Shown here: positions 41,101 through 53,091 of the stretch, one piece after another
Layout: each line of letters begins with the position of its first letter
Numbering within the stretch: position 1 is the stretch's first letter
NCBI GenBank assembly: GCA_964016885.1
Contig: OZ024742.1
Span: forward strand, 231,570,001 to 231,634,000
Direction: 5' to 3'
Length of the DNA stretch: 64,000 nucleotides
DNA from: Eledone cirrhosa
Lineage: Eukaryota
Notes under the pieces: model-generated
The model's input: the letters and a program-made list of their open reading frames with translations, nothing else
What the model was told of the DNA's origin: nothing
Databases searched by the model: none
Program-made: the position numbers and the translations under genes

Positions 41101-43729
41101 GAGGTGGTGGAATGGTAGTTACTAGGAGGTGGTGGAATGGTGGTTACTAGGAGGTGGTGGAATGGTGGTTACTAGGAGGTGGTGGAATGGTAGTTACTAG
41201 GAGGTGGTGGAATGGTAGTTACTAGGAGGTGGTGGAATGGTAGTTACTAGGAGGTGGTGGAATGGTGGTTACTAGGCGGTGGTGGAATGGTAGTTACTAG
41301 GAGGTGGTGGAATGGTGGTTACTAGGAGGTGGTGGAATGGTAGTTACTAGGAGGTGGTGGAATGGTGGTTACTAGGAGGTGGTGGAATGGTGGTTACTAG
41401 GAGGTGGTGGAATGGTAGTTACTAGGAGGTGGTGGAATGGTGGTTACTAGGAGGTGGTGGAATGGTGGTTACTAGGAGGTGGTGGAATGGTAGTTACTAG
41501 GAGGTGATGGAATGGTGGTTACTAGGAGGTGGTGGAATGGTAGTTACTAGGAGGTGGTGGAATGGTGGTTACTAGGAGGTGGTGGAATGGTAGTTACTAG
41601 GAGGTGGTGGAATGGTGGTTACTAGGAGGTGGTGGAATGGTGGTTACTAGGAGGTGGTGGAATGGTGGTTACTAGGAGGTGGTGGAATGGTAGTTACTAG
41701 GAGGTGGTGGAATGGTAGTTACTAGGAGGTGGTGGAATGGTGGTTACTAGGAGGTGGTGGAATGGTGGTTACTAGGAGGTGGTGGAATGGTAGTTACTAG
41801 GAGGTGGTGGAATGGTGGTTACTGGGAGGTGGTGGAATGGTGGTTACTAGGAGGTGGTGGAATGGTAGTTACTAGGAGGTGGTGGAATGGTGGTTACTAG
41901 GAGGTGGTGGAATGGTAGTTACTAGGAGGTGGTGGAATGGTGGTTACTAGGAGGTGGTGGAATGGTAGTTACTAGGAGGTGGTGGAATGGTGGTTACTAG
42001 GAGGTGGTGGAATGGTAGTTACTAGGAGGTGGTGGAATGGTAGTTACTAGGAGGTGGTGGAATGGTGGTTACTAGGAGGTGGTGGAATGGTAGTTACTAG
42101 GAGGTGGTGGAATGGTGGTTACTAGGAGGTGGTGGAATGGTGGTTACTAGGAGGTGGTGGAATGGTGGTTACTAGGAGGTGGTGGAATGGTAGTTACTAG
42201 GAGGTGGTGGAATGGTGGTTACTAGGAGGTGGTGGAATGGTAGTTACTAGGAGGTGGTGGAATGGTGGTTACTAGGAGGTGGTGGAATGGTAGTTACTAG
42301 GAGGTGGTGGAATGGTAGTTACTAGGAGGTGGTGGAATGGTGGTTACTAGGAGGTGGTGGAATGGTAGTTACTAGGAGGTGGTGGAATGGTGGTTACTAG
42401 GAGGTGGTGGAATGGTAGTTACTAGGAGGTGGTGGAATGGTGGTTACTAGGAGGTGGTGGAATGGTAGTTACTAGGAGGTGGTGGAATGGTGGTTACTAG
42501 GAGGTGGTGGAATGGTGGTTACTAGGAGGTGGTGGAATGGTGGTTACTAGGAGGTGGTGGAATGGTAGTTACTAGGAGGTGGTGGAATGGTGGTTACTAG
42601 GAGGTGGTGGAATGGTGGTTACTAGGAGGTGGTGGAATGGTAGTTACTAGGAGGTGGTGGAATGGTGGTTACTAGGAGGTGGTGGAATGGTAGTTACTAG
42701 GAGGTGGTGGAATGGTGGTTACTAGGAGGTGGTGGAATGGTGGTTACTAGGAGGTGGTGGAATGGTAGTTACTAGGAGGTGGTGGAATGGTGGTTACTAG
42801 GAGGTGGTGGAATGGTGGTTACTAGGAGGTGGTGGAATGGTAGTTACTAGGAGGTGGTGGAATGGTGGTTACTAGGAGGTGGTGGAATGGTAGTTACTAG
42901 GAGGTGGTGGAATGGTGGTTACTAGGAGGTGGTGGAATGGTAGTTACTAGGAGGTGGTGGAATGGTGGTTACTAGGAGGTGGTGGAATGGTAGTTACTAG
43001 GAGGTGGTGGAATGGTGGTTACTAGGAGGTGGTGGAATGGTAGTTACTAGGAGGTGGTGGAATGGTGGTTACTAGGAGGTGGTGGAATGGTGGTTACTAG
43101 GAGGTGGTGGAATGGTGGTTACTAGGAGGTGGTGGAATGGTAGTTACTAGGAGGTGGTGGAATGGTGGTTACTAGGAGGTGGTGGAATGGTAGTTACTAG
43201 GAGGTGGTGGAATGGTAGTTACTAGGAGGTGGTGGAATGGTAGTTACTAGGAGGTGGTGGAATGGTGGTTACTAGGTGGTGGTGGAATGGTAGTTACTAG
43301 GAGGTGGTGGAATGGTAGTTACTGGGAGGTGGTGGAATGGTAGTTACTAGGAGGTGGTGGAATGGTGGTTACTAGGAGGTGGTGGAATGGTAGTTACTAG
43401 GAGGTGGTGGAATGGTAGTTACTGGGAGGTGGTGGAATGGTGGTTACTAGGAGGTGGTGGAATGGTAGTTACTAGGAGGTGGTGGAATGGTAGTTACTAG
43501 GAGGTGGTGGAATGGTGGTTACTAGGAGGTGGTGGAATGGTAGTTACTAGGAGGTGGTGGAATGGTGGTTACTAGGAGGTGGTGGAATGGTGGTTACTAG
43601 GAGGTGGTGGAATGGTAGTTACTAGGAGGTGGTGGAATGGTAGTTACTAGGAGGTGGTGGAATGGTAGTTACTAGGAGGTGGTGGAATGGTGGTTACTAG
43701 GAGGTGGTGGAATGGTGGTTACTAGGAGG
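35111..43729. repeat. 8.6-kb minisatellite of a 25-bp unit AATGGT(G/A)GTTACTAGGAGGTGGTGG, about 345 copies
   Basis: Read directly. Phase is preserved (35161 and 43561 both start a unit; 8400 = 336 x 25). Confidence 0.99.
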
Positions 43730-45203
43730 ATGAGGAGCACTGTCTTCAGTCCTCAAGATCTGCTTGTTGGGTGGAAAATTTATCCAAAGATGTTTGAGGT
43801 TTATAAATTCCTCTTGTAATTTTTATGTTACATTCACAATTAGGATTATAATCAACAAAAACCTGTTGACCTTCATCTATAAGTGTCAACCCTTTAACAA
43901 TAGTCTTTGGAGTCAATTTAAGTGGAGTTACTGGAATTTCTGTATTCTCAACTCCTTGTTAAATAAATTTTCTCTATTAGTGTTCATACTTTACAATTTT
44001 CATAAATGCGAAATTCTGTAACTTGAGGTAACTATTACGTGGAGGATGCTGTACCATCCAAAGCTCTGAAGTCCTTATACATAAAATGTCTCAGATATTT
44101 TGCAAAGAATGAACTTCACTGTCTTACTCATGTGATCTGGACACATAAGGCAAGTTACTGGTAAGAAAAACTTCAAAGATTAGCTTAAGTTCTCATTTAA
44201 CCTTCAGCACGCTATTGGCAACAAGAGAGTAATCACCCCTTAATACATAATACAGTGTCAAGGGAAGCAATTCATAAAAGAAATTCAGTGTCCTAAAGAT
44301 TAAGAAATATGGAATAAATTTCAATGTTGGGATAATTTTTTAGTTGTGTTAAAAACATGGTAACCTCTCTAGTGCTGGTGCAACACATTCCTGTGTTCTT
44401 TAGAACACAGGAATGTATGTGAGGTGCAGACCTATCTGAGAGGTCAGTAGCTCTGCTTTAGTACGGACTCGCTTTTTGACAACCTATCCAACCATTGCTC
44501 GCAGGAAAACAGACATTAAATTATAATGATGATGTTAGGGATGATTGTGTCAGTAATGGATTGCTAATTATGACTAAGGTTATATTGTTGAAAATAAGGT
44601 ATCATGATAGCAGGATTGAGTGAAGCTAACCAAATAACTCCCTACCCGCCTGTGAGAACTTAGATGAACTTTAACCTCATTAACTCAGTTATCCTTCCCA
44701 CTCTGTCTAGGGCGGCTTAATAAAAGATAAGACGCAATGCAAATATGGCTTATTTGAAACTTCTTAATAGCCCTCAGGTTTGTATTTAGTCAAATACACT
44801 CAAGATGTGTACTTTAATGTTCTTTTTTTTTTTATGCATATTACTTTCACTACTATGAAGTATATTGCTTGTATGTTTTAATTAATTTTGAAAATAACTG
44901 GAAATTTGGAAAAATCATTAGTAAGTTGATATTTAAAACATTACTTAACAAACATTTCTAAAAATAAAATTAAGATGGAAGGTTTTAAACATTTTAAAAT
45001 GAACAGTTTCAGATAGTTTGGTATCAAATGGGTTAATTAAATTTCCATCTAAATTAATTTAATATTTATACCAATGAACAATGCACACAGAAATATTTAT
45101 ATAAATGGTGGCAAAATATGAGACTATAAGCATCTTATACTCATCAAAATAAAGTTTTAATGATATTGTTTATTGTATTTTTTTTATCTTTCTAATTTTC
45201 AAG

Positions 45204-45291
45204 ATATGTACGTGCTGAAATATTGGCTGGTTTTGTAAATGGCCTCTTTCTCATATTTATTGCTTTCTTCATTTTCTCTGAGGCGGTTGAG
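45204..45291 (+). CDS. SLC30A7: ZnT7 exon 4: (G)YVRAEILAGFVNGLFLIFIAFFIFSEAVE, TM3
   Basis: Acceptor ttttcaag|A and donor GAG|GTAAGT, 88 nt. Completes the CDF motif FSYGYVRAE.LAGFVNGLFL. Confidence 0.95.
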
Positions 45292-45749
45292 GTAAGTCTA
45301 TTTAATCATTCTAACATTAAACTGCAAGGCATTATACTTTAAATTCTATGTTTTCCAATTTTACAGTAATAATATATATAATTTCTTGTGACTACAGATA
45401 TTAAAGGTATATCCTGTAGCTAACTGGTGTTTCTAATGATTAACATTTAAAACATTACAAAAAATAAAATGATTTGAACTAATTCAAATGAAGCTCAGTA
45501 TTCAGTCTTACATAAATAACTATTTTAGATTTTAATAGCTGCTGTAGTGATCCGATGTTTATTTTTTTGTCTCAAAGTAGTAACAATTTCGATCTTCGTC
45601 CAAATTTGTGATATCTACAAAATTATCACAAGCTACTGTGTAAAATCAATTTTTAGGGTAAAATTTTATTCCCGTTACTAGTGCTATGGTAACAAACCAT
45701 GGTTCTTTTATCAAATTTTATGGATGTTAGGTCTAATATACTACTTGGG

Positions 45750-46067
45750 TCAACCTTTTAGCATTTAAACCAACCGGATCCGGCCAGAATTCTCTCACCT
45801 CTTTCTGTTCAAACTGGCCACAACTGGCTGCTCATACTTACATTAAGGTATTGTTTTTAAAATATACAATTGTTTCTACTTTAGGCAGAAGGCCAGCAAT
45901 TTCAAGGGGAGGCAAAAATCGTTTAAATTGACCCCAGTACACACTGGTGCTTTATTTTATCAACCCCGTAAGGATGAAAGGCAAAATCTCATAGATTTGA
46001 TATTATAAAGTATTTACCGTGAAAATACAATAGTAAATATAGAGTAATGTAAATGCTAAAGGGTTAA
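45750..46067. mobile_element. TTAA MITE containing a minus-strand SINE fragment (about 45864-45985)
   Basis: MITE termini ccttttagcattta and aaatgctaaagggTTAA. The insert matches the reverse of the SINE core ttgcctttcatccttacggggttgataaaataaa. Confidence 0.75.
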
Positions 46068-46223
46068 CACTAGTTTAAAGTTTACTTTATTTCATGCAAT
46101 TGGATCGTCTTGTTTGAGTTAGACATCAATCTCATGAATTAGGGAAGTACTATAAAGATCATGAGAACTGTGTCCCTTTAACTGGATAATTTATATATAA
46201 AGTTATTAGCTAAAAATTTAGAT

Positions 46224-46535
46224 AATCATCATCATCATCATTGTTTTTACGCCCGCTTTTCCATGCTTGCATGGTTTGGAAGGGTCTATTCTTCACAGCA
46301 TCTCTTCACTTTTCATGTTCTTTTGTCATCTCTGAATCATAGCAATTTGTGATCAGCTCTCACCACCTCTGCCTAGGTCTTCCTCGGTCTACTTCTACTG
46401 TGGCTTCCTTCCATTAGGATTTCCTGGCACTTCTTCATCTACTGATCATCATCCACGCGCATCACATGCCTATACCTACTCAATCTTCTCTCTTGCACAC
46501 CACTTCAGATTCCACTTAAACCCAGTTTCTCCCTG
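46224..46535 (-). mobile_element. RTE LINE 3' fragment
   Basis: (CAT)n tail. Minus strand EKLGLSGI.SGVQERRLSRYRHVMRVDDDQ.MKKCQE. Confidence 0.8.
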
Positions 46536-46959
46536 TATAACATAATGCAAAAGTGTTCATTCTTTTTTTTTTTGCTTTGTGCAAACAAAGGCTAAAAGAT
46601 AATATAACAAAACAAAATTACATATCAAAATAGTATTTGAAAAATTACCAGGCTTTATAACTTGTGTACAGTAACATAACTAGCAATCTGCTGTTATGAG
46701 CATTGTATACAAAATACTCAAGCATTCACTAACCATATGTAAATACTACTTGCAACTATAAAACAGATAAATTGTTTATTTCTCTTTCTAAAGATAAGAA
46801 AATCAATATCAGCTTCTAAACCTCATTAGAACTAACTGACTTGAATTTCAGCAATCTAATGGTGCTAATTAAAAAATATAAATTACTGAATTCCATACAC
46901 ACACTCAGTCACATTCATGAATAAAATAAAATAACTGCTGCTGTATATTTGGACTTCAA

Positions 46960-47700
46960 CAAAGATGAGAGTAAAATGAAATAAAAAGATGTTTACAACA
47001 AGCTTCTCACTACAGAATCAATTGAAGAACTACAAGAATCATTCAAAGCATGGAAGAGTGGTCTTCTGGTGAAGGTTTAAATGGACAGATCAAAGTACTA
47101 ATTAGTAAAAATTGAGCACAAAAACCCTGTGCATTCAGAGATGTTTTCAATAAGCAGGAAGAGAGTAGGTACAAACCTATTATTGTGTATCCAATGGTAG
47201 CTATGGTTACAGAAGTGGTAGGATGTCTGGCAAATTAATTGGAAACCAGGACATTAGATGAACTAGATATATAAGAGTAGCTAGTAGTAATGAAATCAAG
47301 TGAATGGACTACTCAGATGGCTTGCTAAATGTAGTAGATATTATCTAGGTAATATAATTAGTGCTGGAATTGCTATTGTTTTTGGCAACAAAAGATTTTT
47401 CTCTGAAATGTGATGACTGTATGAGGTAAAACTGTCTTGTATGGACATTGAATGCTGAAAGTTTGCAGTGTTTGGAGAGAAATGAAACTAGCATGAAAGG
47501 TTGAATGCAAATATGGATCGAGAAAATGGCTGATCATTAAAGACATCTGACGATGAGTATAGGAATGTTTTTTAATGTGCTTAGATAATAAATGGTGAGT
47601 GAAAAAGTGCTGTTTGTTGATATAAAGTAACCATATGAGAGGAAGGCTAAGGAAGTCATGAAATGATTTAGTGAGGTCAGATTTGGGAAGGTCGAACCTT
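46960..47700 (+). mobile_element. Highly degenerate RTE RT/PHD remnant
   Basis: ESIEELQESFKAWKSG..KVLIS..SRKRVGTNLLLCIQ..LWLQK, and later LERNETS, trace the same RTE region as the other copies. Confidence 0.5.
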
Positions 47701-48266
47701 TGTTGGCATGCCAACTGTTCATTTTTCATTTGTTGTCTCCTAACATTTCTATGACAATGACTTCAATCATCTCCTCTGCTTCTTTTTTCACTCATCTCTA
47801 GTATTAACAGGAACATGTGAGTAACAAAATGTATGTTTAATACCCCTACCTTGTTCTTGAGTGCCCTCAGCATAGTCCGCTATGTTGCAAACATTTCAAC
47901 CAAGATAACTTCTTTCCACTAGTCTTGAAAGACCTGAAAATGTTAATGGGTGCATCTCTACCTCCTCTAATCAAAACAAATTGAGAGAGAAAGTAAAAGA
48001 AAAGAAAAGACTGAAAGTTACCTTAGCAAGATTTTGAAAATAATAAATTGCCATGGTAACTTTCAATCACTCATCCTTTCTTTTATATTACTTTCTCTCT
48101 AAATTCCCTTCTGATTATTATCTTGGCAATCTAACCCACTTGCATTGCATGGCTTTCTATACAAACAAACTTTTCAGTTTCATACTCCACAATACTTCAA
48201 ACAAACTATCACACTATATATATATAATCACTGTTTAATGTTTATCTTCCATGCTTGCATGGATTT

Positions 48267-48310
<44 letters not shown>

Positions 48311-49459
48311 TGGGGGTGTTACCAGTTTAAACTATTAAGACCATTGTTCAGCTTAGTATGCAGTATTTTAAAAAGTAGTTTGTTGGTATTATAATAGGGC
48401 AGAAACTAATAATATATATATATAGGTACAACATAAGTAATAATCAAATTGTCTTTAAGCATTTAATAGCTTACGATCGTTTTGTGCCTTAAACACAATT
48501 TGATTGTTATTTATGTTGTATTTCTGCTCTATTATATCTGATATCTTACATTGAGCTACTTATCTTATTGGTAATTGGGTAATATACAATATTACCCTTA
48601 TCTTGTTTATATCATTATATATAGGTATAAAGTTGTATCTGCAGTAGGGAAGATACCAATCAAATTGTTTGAGGCAGTCACAAAGCACTCAATGGTGCAT
48701 AAAGCTAATACATTTTTCGTCCAGATTAAACACGTAAAGTTATAAAAGTGTGACACCATGAATAAATCAACCAATTGTATGTGGCTATAGTCTATAGTCA
48801 CGACGACGACGACAAATACAAACAGGTAGGAGGCTAACCTGGACCATCTCAGATTGATAAAAATCTTTGATAGGTTTCTTGGACTCCGAGAAAAGTGCAT
48901 CATGAGTTGCAATCTGCATATGCAAGTTATAAGTACACCTGATGGGTGTTTTTGCAGTGACTCGGGAGTCCTTTCGTCAGCTGGTGTTTTTTCATTATTA
49001 TCTCCTCTTGGTTTTGCCACGAAGAAACATATATATATATATATATATATATATTCCCTTACTGTCTTCGAAGCAAGGTGGTATTTATTTATTCACCATG
49101 AATATATAAATTCTTAAACTATCTCAACCATTCCATAGATTTCCTCTTCCTTCCCAGGTAGTCTTTCAATACTTTGAGCCCAGTGTACGTACATATATTT
49201 ATCTCTCTATAATTCTTTATTTTCCTAGAGCTTAATGCACATTTCTTTATTTTCCTATTATTTTTCTATTTGAAACGGTTACCATGCTGGTTATTTATCT
49301 CACAATTTCTCACACACTACCATAGACTCACTGATCAATCAAACCACAGCAACACATATACCTTCACCCATCACCCGTGGCAACATATGCTGCTGCTACT
49401 ACTACTATCTTTCCTATCCCCCCTCTCCATGGAGAAATGTTTGTCTATCGTTATCTTTG

Positions 49460-51953
49460 GATAAGCTGAAGATGATGGAACGACCCTGAATAAATATGAA
49501 CCCACGTGTTCCCAGGCGACCATGCAAATCCATAATTCAGATACAGAAAGCATACACCCACGCCCACCTCTGAAAAAACCACCCTCCCCCACCATTGTCA
49601 GCAAATGCCCTAAATTCCATATTGGTGCCATCAAATGAACACAATGAAAGGAAGAATAGGAGAAATTATAGAGATGTTAGAGTGAAAGGACATTGATGTA
49701 TGTTGTGTGCAGGAGACTAGATGGAGAGGAGAGTTAGCTAGACTCCTTGTAAGCAAAAAACAGTGCTACAAATGGGAAATGATTACGGGTTAGGTGGAGT
49801 AGGTATTCTATTAGTTGATAAATGGGTAGATAAGGTAATCTCTGTGAACAGAGTGAACGTGTGAATCATTAAACTCAGACTAGTCCTGATAAAATAATAG
49901 CTACAATTATATCCACATACGCACCCAATCTGGGTTGTCAGTCCCTAATGCTCGCTACTATGCTAACGAATGACAATAACTTCCTAATCATTGCAGGGGA
50001 CTTTAACGGACATGTTGGGAAACACTGTGATGGCTTCTACAGAGTCCATGGAGGCTATGGGTATGGCGCAAGAAATGAAGAAGGTTTCAGGTTCCTAGAA
50101 TTCTGTGACACCTCAGATCTATCGATATGTAACACAAATTTCAAAGAACTCGACAACCACATAATCACATATAGTTCCGGGGAGCATGCGTGTCAGATAG
50201 ATTTTATCCTTACCAGAGGATGAGATAGACGGATGGTTGGGAGGTACATTTCTTTGTAAGGATTGTACCTCCCAACATAACCTAGTAGTTAGCGACCTCA
50301 TTATCAGAGCTAGACAAATTTATAAAAAGAAGGTAACCTTGAGAAGAAAGATTTGGAAGCTGAAAGCTCCCTCAGCCTGTAATAGATTTAGGGATATTTT
50401 GCTTGAAGCCTATGACCGTAAAGAAGAACAGATAAAGACATTCAACATAGAAGAGAATTGAGAGTCCCTAAAAGATAACCTACTGAAGGCGACAGACGAG
50501 ATCTGTGGTTGGAGCAAGGCTACAGAGAGAAGAAGAGTGACTTGGTGGAACAATAAGGTAGACGAGACAATTAAGGCCAAGAGACAGGCATGGAAACAAT
50601 GGGAGAATGGGAGAAGCAGGGTACACTACATAGAGGCCAGGCGGGAAGCTAAATGACAAGTATACCTAGCAAGGAGGAAAGCAGAGGATGAAAAATTCCA
50701 GCATGTTTTGCAGTGTGAGGACCAGAAACAGGAGGTATTCAGGATTGCAAGACAGTGTGTCAGGGAGAATTATAATGTTGTTGGGAAGAAGTGTGTCCAG
50801 GATGATAAAGGTTCATGTACCCTCACAGATGCCGAGAAGAAAGCTGCATGGAATAGCAAGTATGAAAGGTTACTGAATGAGGAGAATGCATGGGAGACGG
50901 AGACCCTACCCTAAATAGACCCTATAGAGAGCCCAGCTGTACAAGTCAGCAGCAATGTAGTAAGTAAGTCTATTAAGGATATAAAGACTGGGAAAGCAGC
51001 CAGTCCATCGGGAATAGTTGCAAGCATCTGGGTCGGTAAGTCACACCTTAACTACATGTATTGTAAACCAAGTAATATTAGATGGCATCATACCACAGAG
51101 GTGGGTGTTCTGAAAGCACAGTAGCCAGAGTAAGAACGGGATGGAAGAAGTTCAGGGAGCTACTACCACTGTTTGCTACAAAAGGCTTTTCCCTCAAAAT
51201 GAAAGGCAGACTGTTTGATGCGTGCATACATACAGCAATGTTGCATGGCTGCTGTGTGCAGAAGACTTGCATAGATTGGAACAAAATGAAGCTTGCATGC
51301 TCCGATGGATGTGTAATAGTAATATATGTAAATGGCAAAGCATAAACGTACTGAGAGAGAAACTAGGCATAAGAGGAATTGGATGCAGTGTGCAGTAGAG
51401 GAGATTGCATTGGTATGGACATGTGATGCGTATAAAGGATGGCAGCTGTATAAAATGGTGCAGAGTCGATAGAAGCATTGGAGTGGGGAGACCCAGGAAG
51501 ACTTGGGACAAAGTGATAAAAGCCGACCTTGCTCAATTGCACCTCTCAAAGACAATGACACAGGATCGGGATCTCTGGCATTATGCAGTATTACAGAAGA
51601 CCCAACTTCCCACGGGGACAGGTCAAGACTAACATATAAATAGTATGCTCCACCCCACCTACTCCCAAACATCTCCCATGAGGACAGGCTGAAGCATACA
51701 TCCAATGAAGTTTCCAGCCCACACTGTAAAGTGGTCATATAGGCGTCATAGCCAAATAGCCAAAATCACCCAGCACTCAATGTAAATGAGGTTGGTGCTA
51801 AGAAGGGCATCCAGCTGTAGAAACCAAACCAAAATCGGTTCTGTATGAGCACGACATGGTCACCTGACCTGTCATTGCTCACAACAGGATAACTCATCTA
51901 ACCCATGCCTGCATGGAAAAATGGATGTTAAACAGAGATATGATGATGATGAT
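49460..51953 (+). mobile_element. Older RTE LINE with the endonuclease present, the RT core deleted (junction near 51095), 3' UTR and (GAT)n tail
   Basis: [40 protein letters not shown], then a jump from DGIIP to [24 protein letters not shown]. Confidence 0.88.
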
Positions 51954-52192
51954 ACACATAATAATCATCATCTATGTGTGTATATGTGTCAGTAGATGTC
52001 TGGTTGTATAATATCACATTCTGTCTATCAGTATCTACTGTATTTTTTTTTTCATCTTTTATGACTTTTATTTTTTTTTTTATGACATTTTTTTTTTTTT
52101 TTTTTTTTTTCATGTATATGTTTATGCATATATGTATATGCATATACATATATGTGTGTGGCTGATTTATATATCATTATTATAAAACTATG

Positions 52193-52410
52193 AGGGTGGT
52201 GGATTGGGATTATTGGTAGAACAGTATAAGACAAATGCCTAGCAGTAGTTGTTCTGGCTCTTTACATTCTGAGTTCAAATCCTGCCGAGGTCATTTTTGC
52301 TTTTAATCCTTCTGAGGTTGATAAAATAAAGTACCTGTAAAGTACTGGGTCAATTTGATCAGCTTTTCCCTTCCCTAAATTTCTAGCCTTTTGCTAATGT
52401 TAGAATTAAC
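52193..52410 (+). mobile_element. tRNA-derived SINE
   Basis: B box gagttcaaatcc. Core tttgcttttaatccttctgaggttgataaaataaagtacc is shared with the 11819 copy. Confidence 0.7.
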
Positions 52411-52492
52411 TATTCATTTATTTTTTCATCTTTTTATTTGTTCTTATTTGTTGATTGTTTTTGCTAATTTGAATAAAATATATAAAGCAATA

Positions 52493-52810
52493 TTAACCCT
52501 TTAGCATTTATCCTGCTGAGGTTAACTTTGCCTTTTATCCTTACGGGGTTGATAAAATAAAACACCAGTAATGCACTGGGATAATTGCTGGCCTTGTGCC
52601 AAAAGTAAAAACAATTATTCTATATTTACTATTGTATTTTCATGGCAAACACTTTACCTCACATAATATTAAATCTATGAGATTTTTATATTATTTATTT
52701 TGTGAACAATACCTTAACATCAGCATGAGGGGCCAGTTACAGTCAATTTGAACAGAAGGAGGTGAGAGAATTCTGCCCGTATATGGCCAGTTTAAATGCT
52801 AAAGGGTTAA
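52493..52810. mobile_element. TTAA MITE containing a SINE fragment (about 52510-52616)
   Basis: TTAAccctttagcattta...taaatgctaaagggTTAA. Confidence 0.8.
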
Positions 52811-52916
52811 CCAATGTTAACTCAACCTGTGTTCTCCTCTGACATGGTTCTGAGAATGAACCAAAATGGATGGGTAAATTCTTGAATGCAAAAGATATTT
52901 ATTTATTCTCATCATC

Positions 52917-53091
52917 ATCTCTTTTGGGACTTTTGGCTAAAATCAGAGTGTAGTATCTGTTACTATCTGATAAGGTCTGAATATGGGGCCGTCAATAATA
53001 AACTGGGTTTTAGTACTAAGAAATGCGTTAGAGACTTGCTCTGTCTTTGCCACAAGTTGATCTAGTATTGCAGTATTTCAGGATTCAGCCC
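52917..53091 (+). pseudogene. RNU2: Near full-length U2 snRNA pseudogene
   Basis: atctcttttgggacttttggctaaaatcagagtgtagtatctgtt matches the U2 5' end ATCGCTTCTCGGCCTTTTGGCTAAGATCAAGTGTAGTATCTGTT, including the branch-pairing GTAGTA. The 3' part cttgctctgtc..ccac..gatctagtattgcagtatttcagga matches stem-loops III/IV. Stem IIa is partly deleted and the Sm site is degenerate. Confidence 0.88.

Noticed and set aside
35111-43729. CRISPR array, telomeric repeat or coding repeat
   Set aside because: No unique spacers, no TTAGGG periodicity (a single TTAGGG at 35101), and stop codons in all frames on both strands.
48607-49020. 137-aa minus-strand ORF as a nested gene, and a nearby CTGACGA-hairpin as a hammerhead ribozyme
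   Set aside because: GTG start, no recognisable domain and no convincing splice sites. The ribozyme-like core lacks the GAAA directly after stem II.
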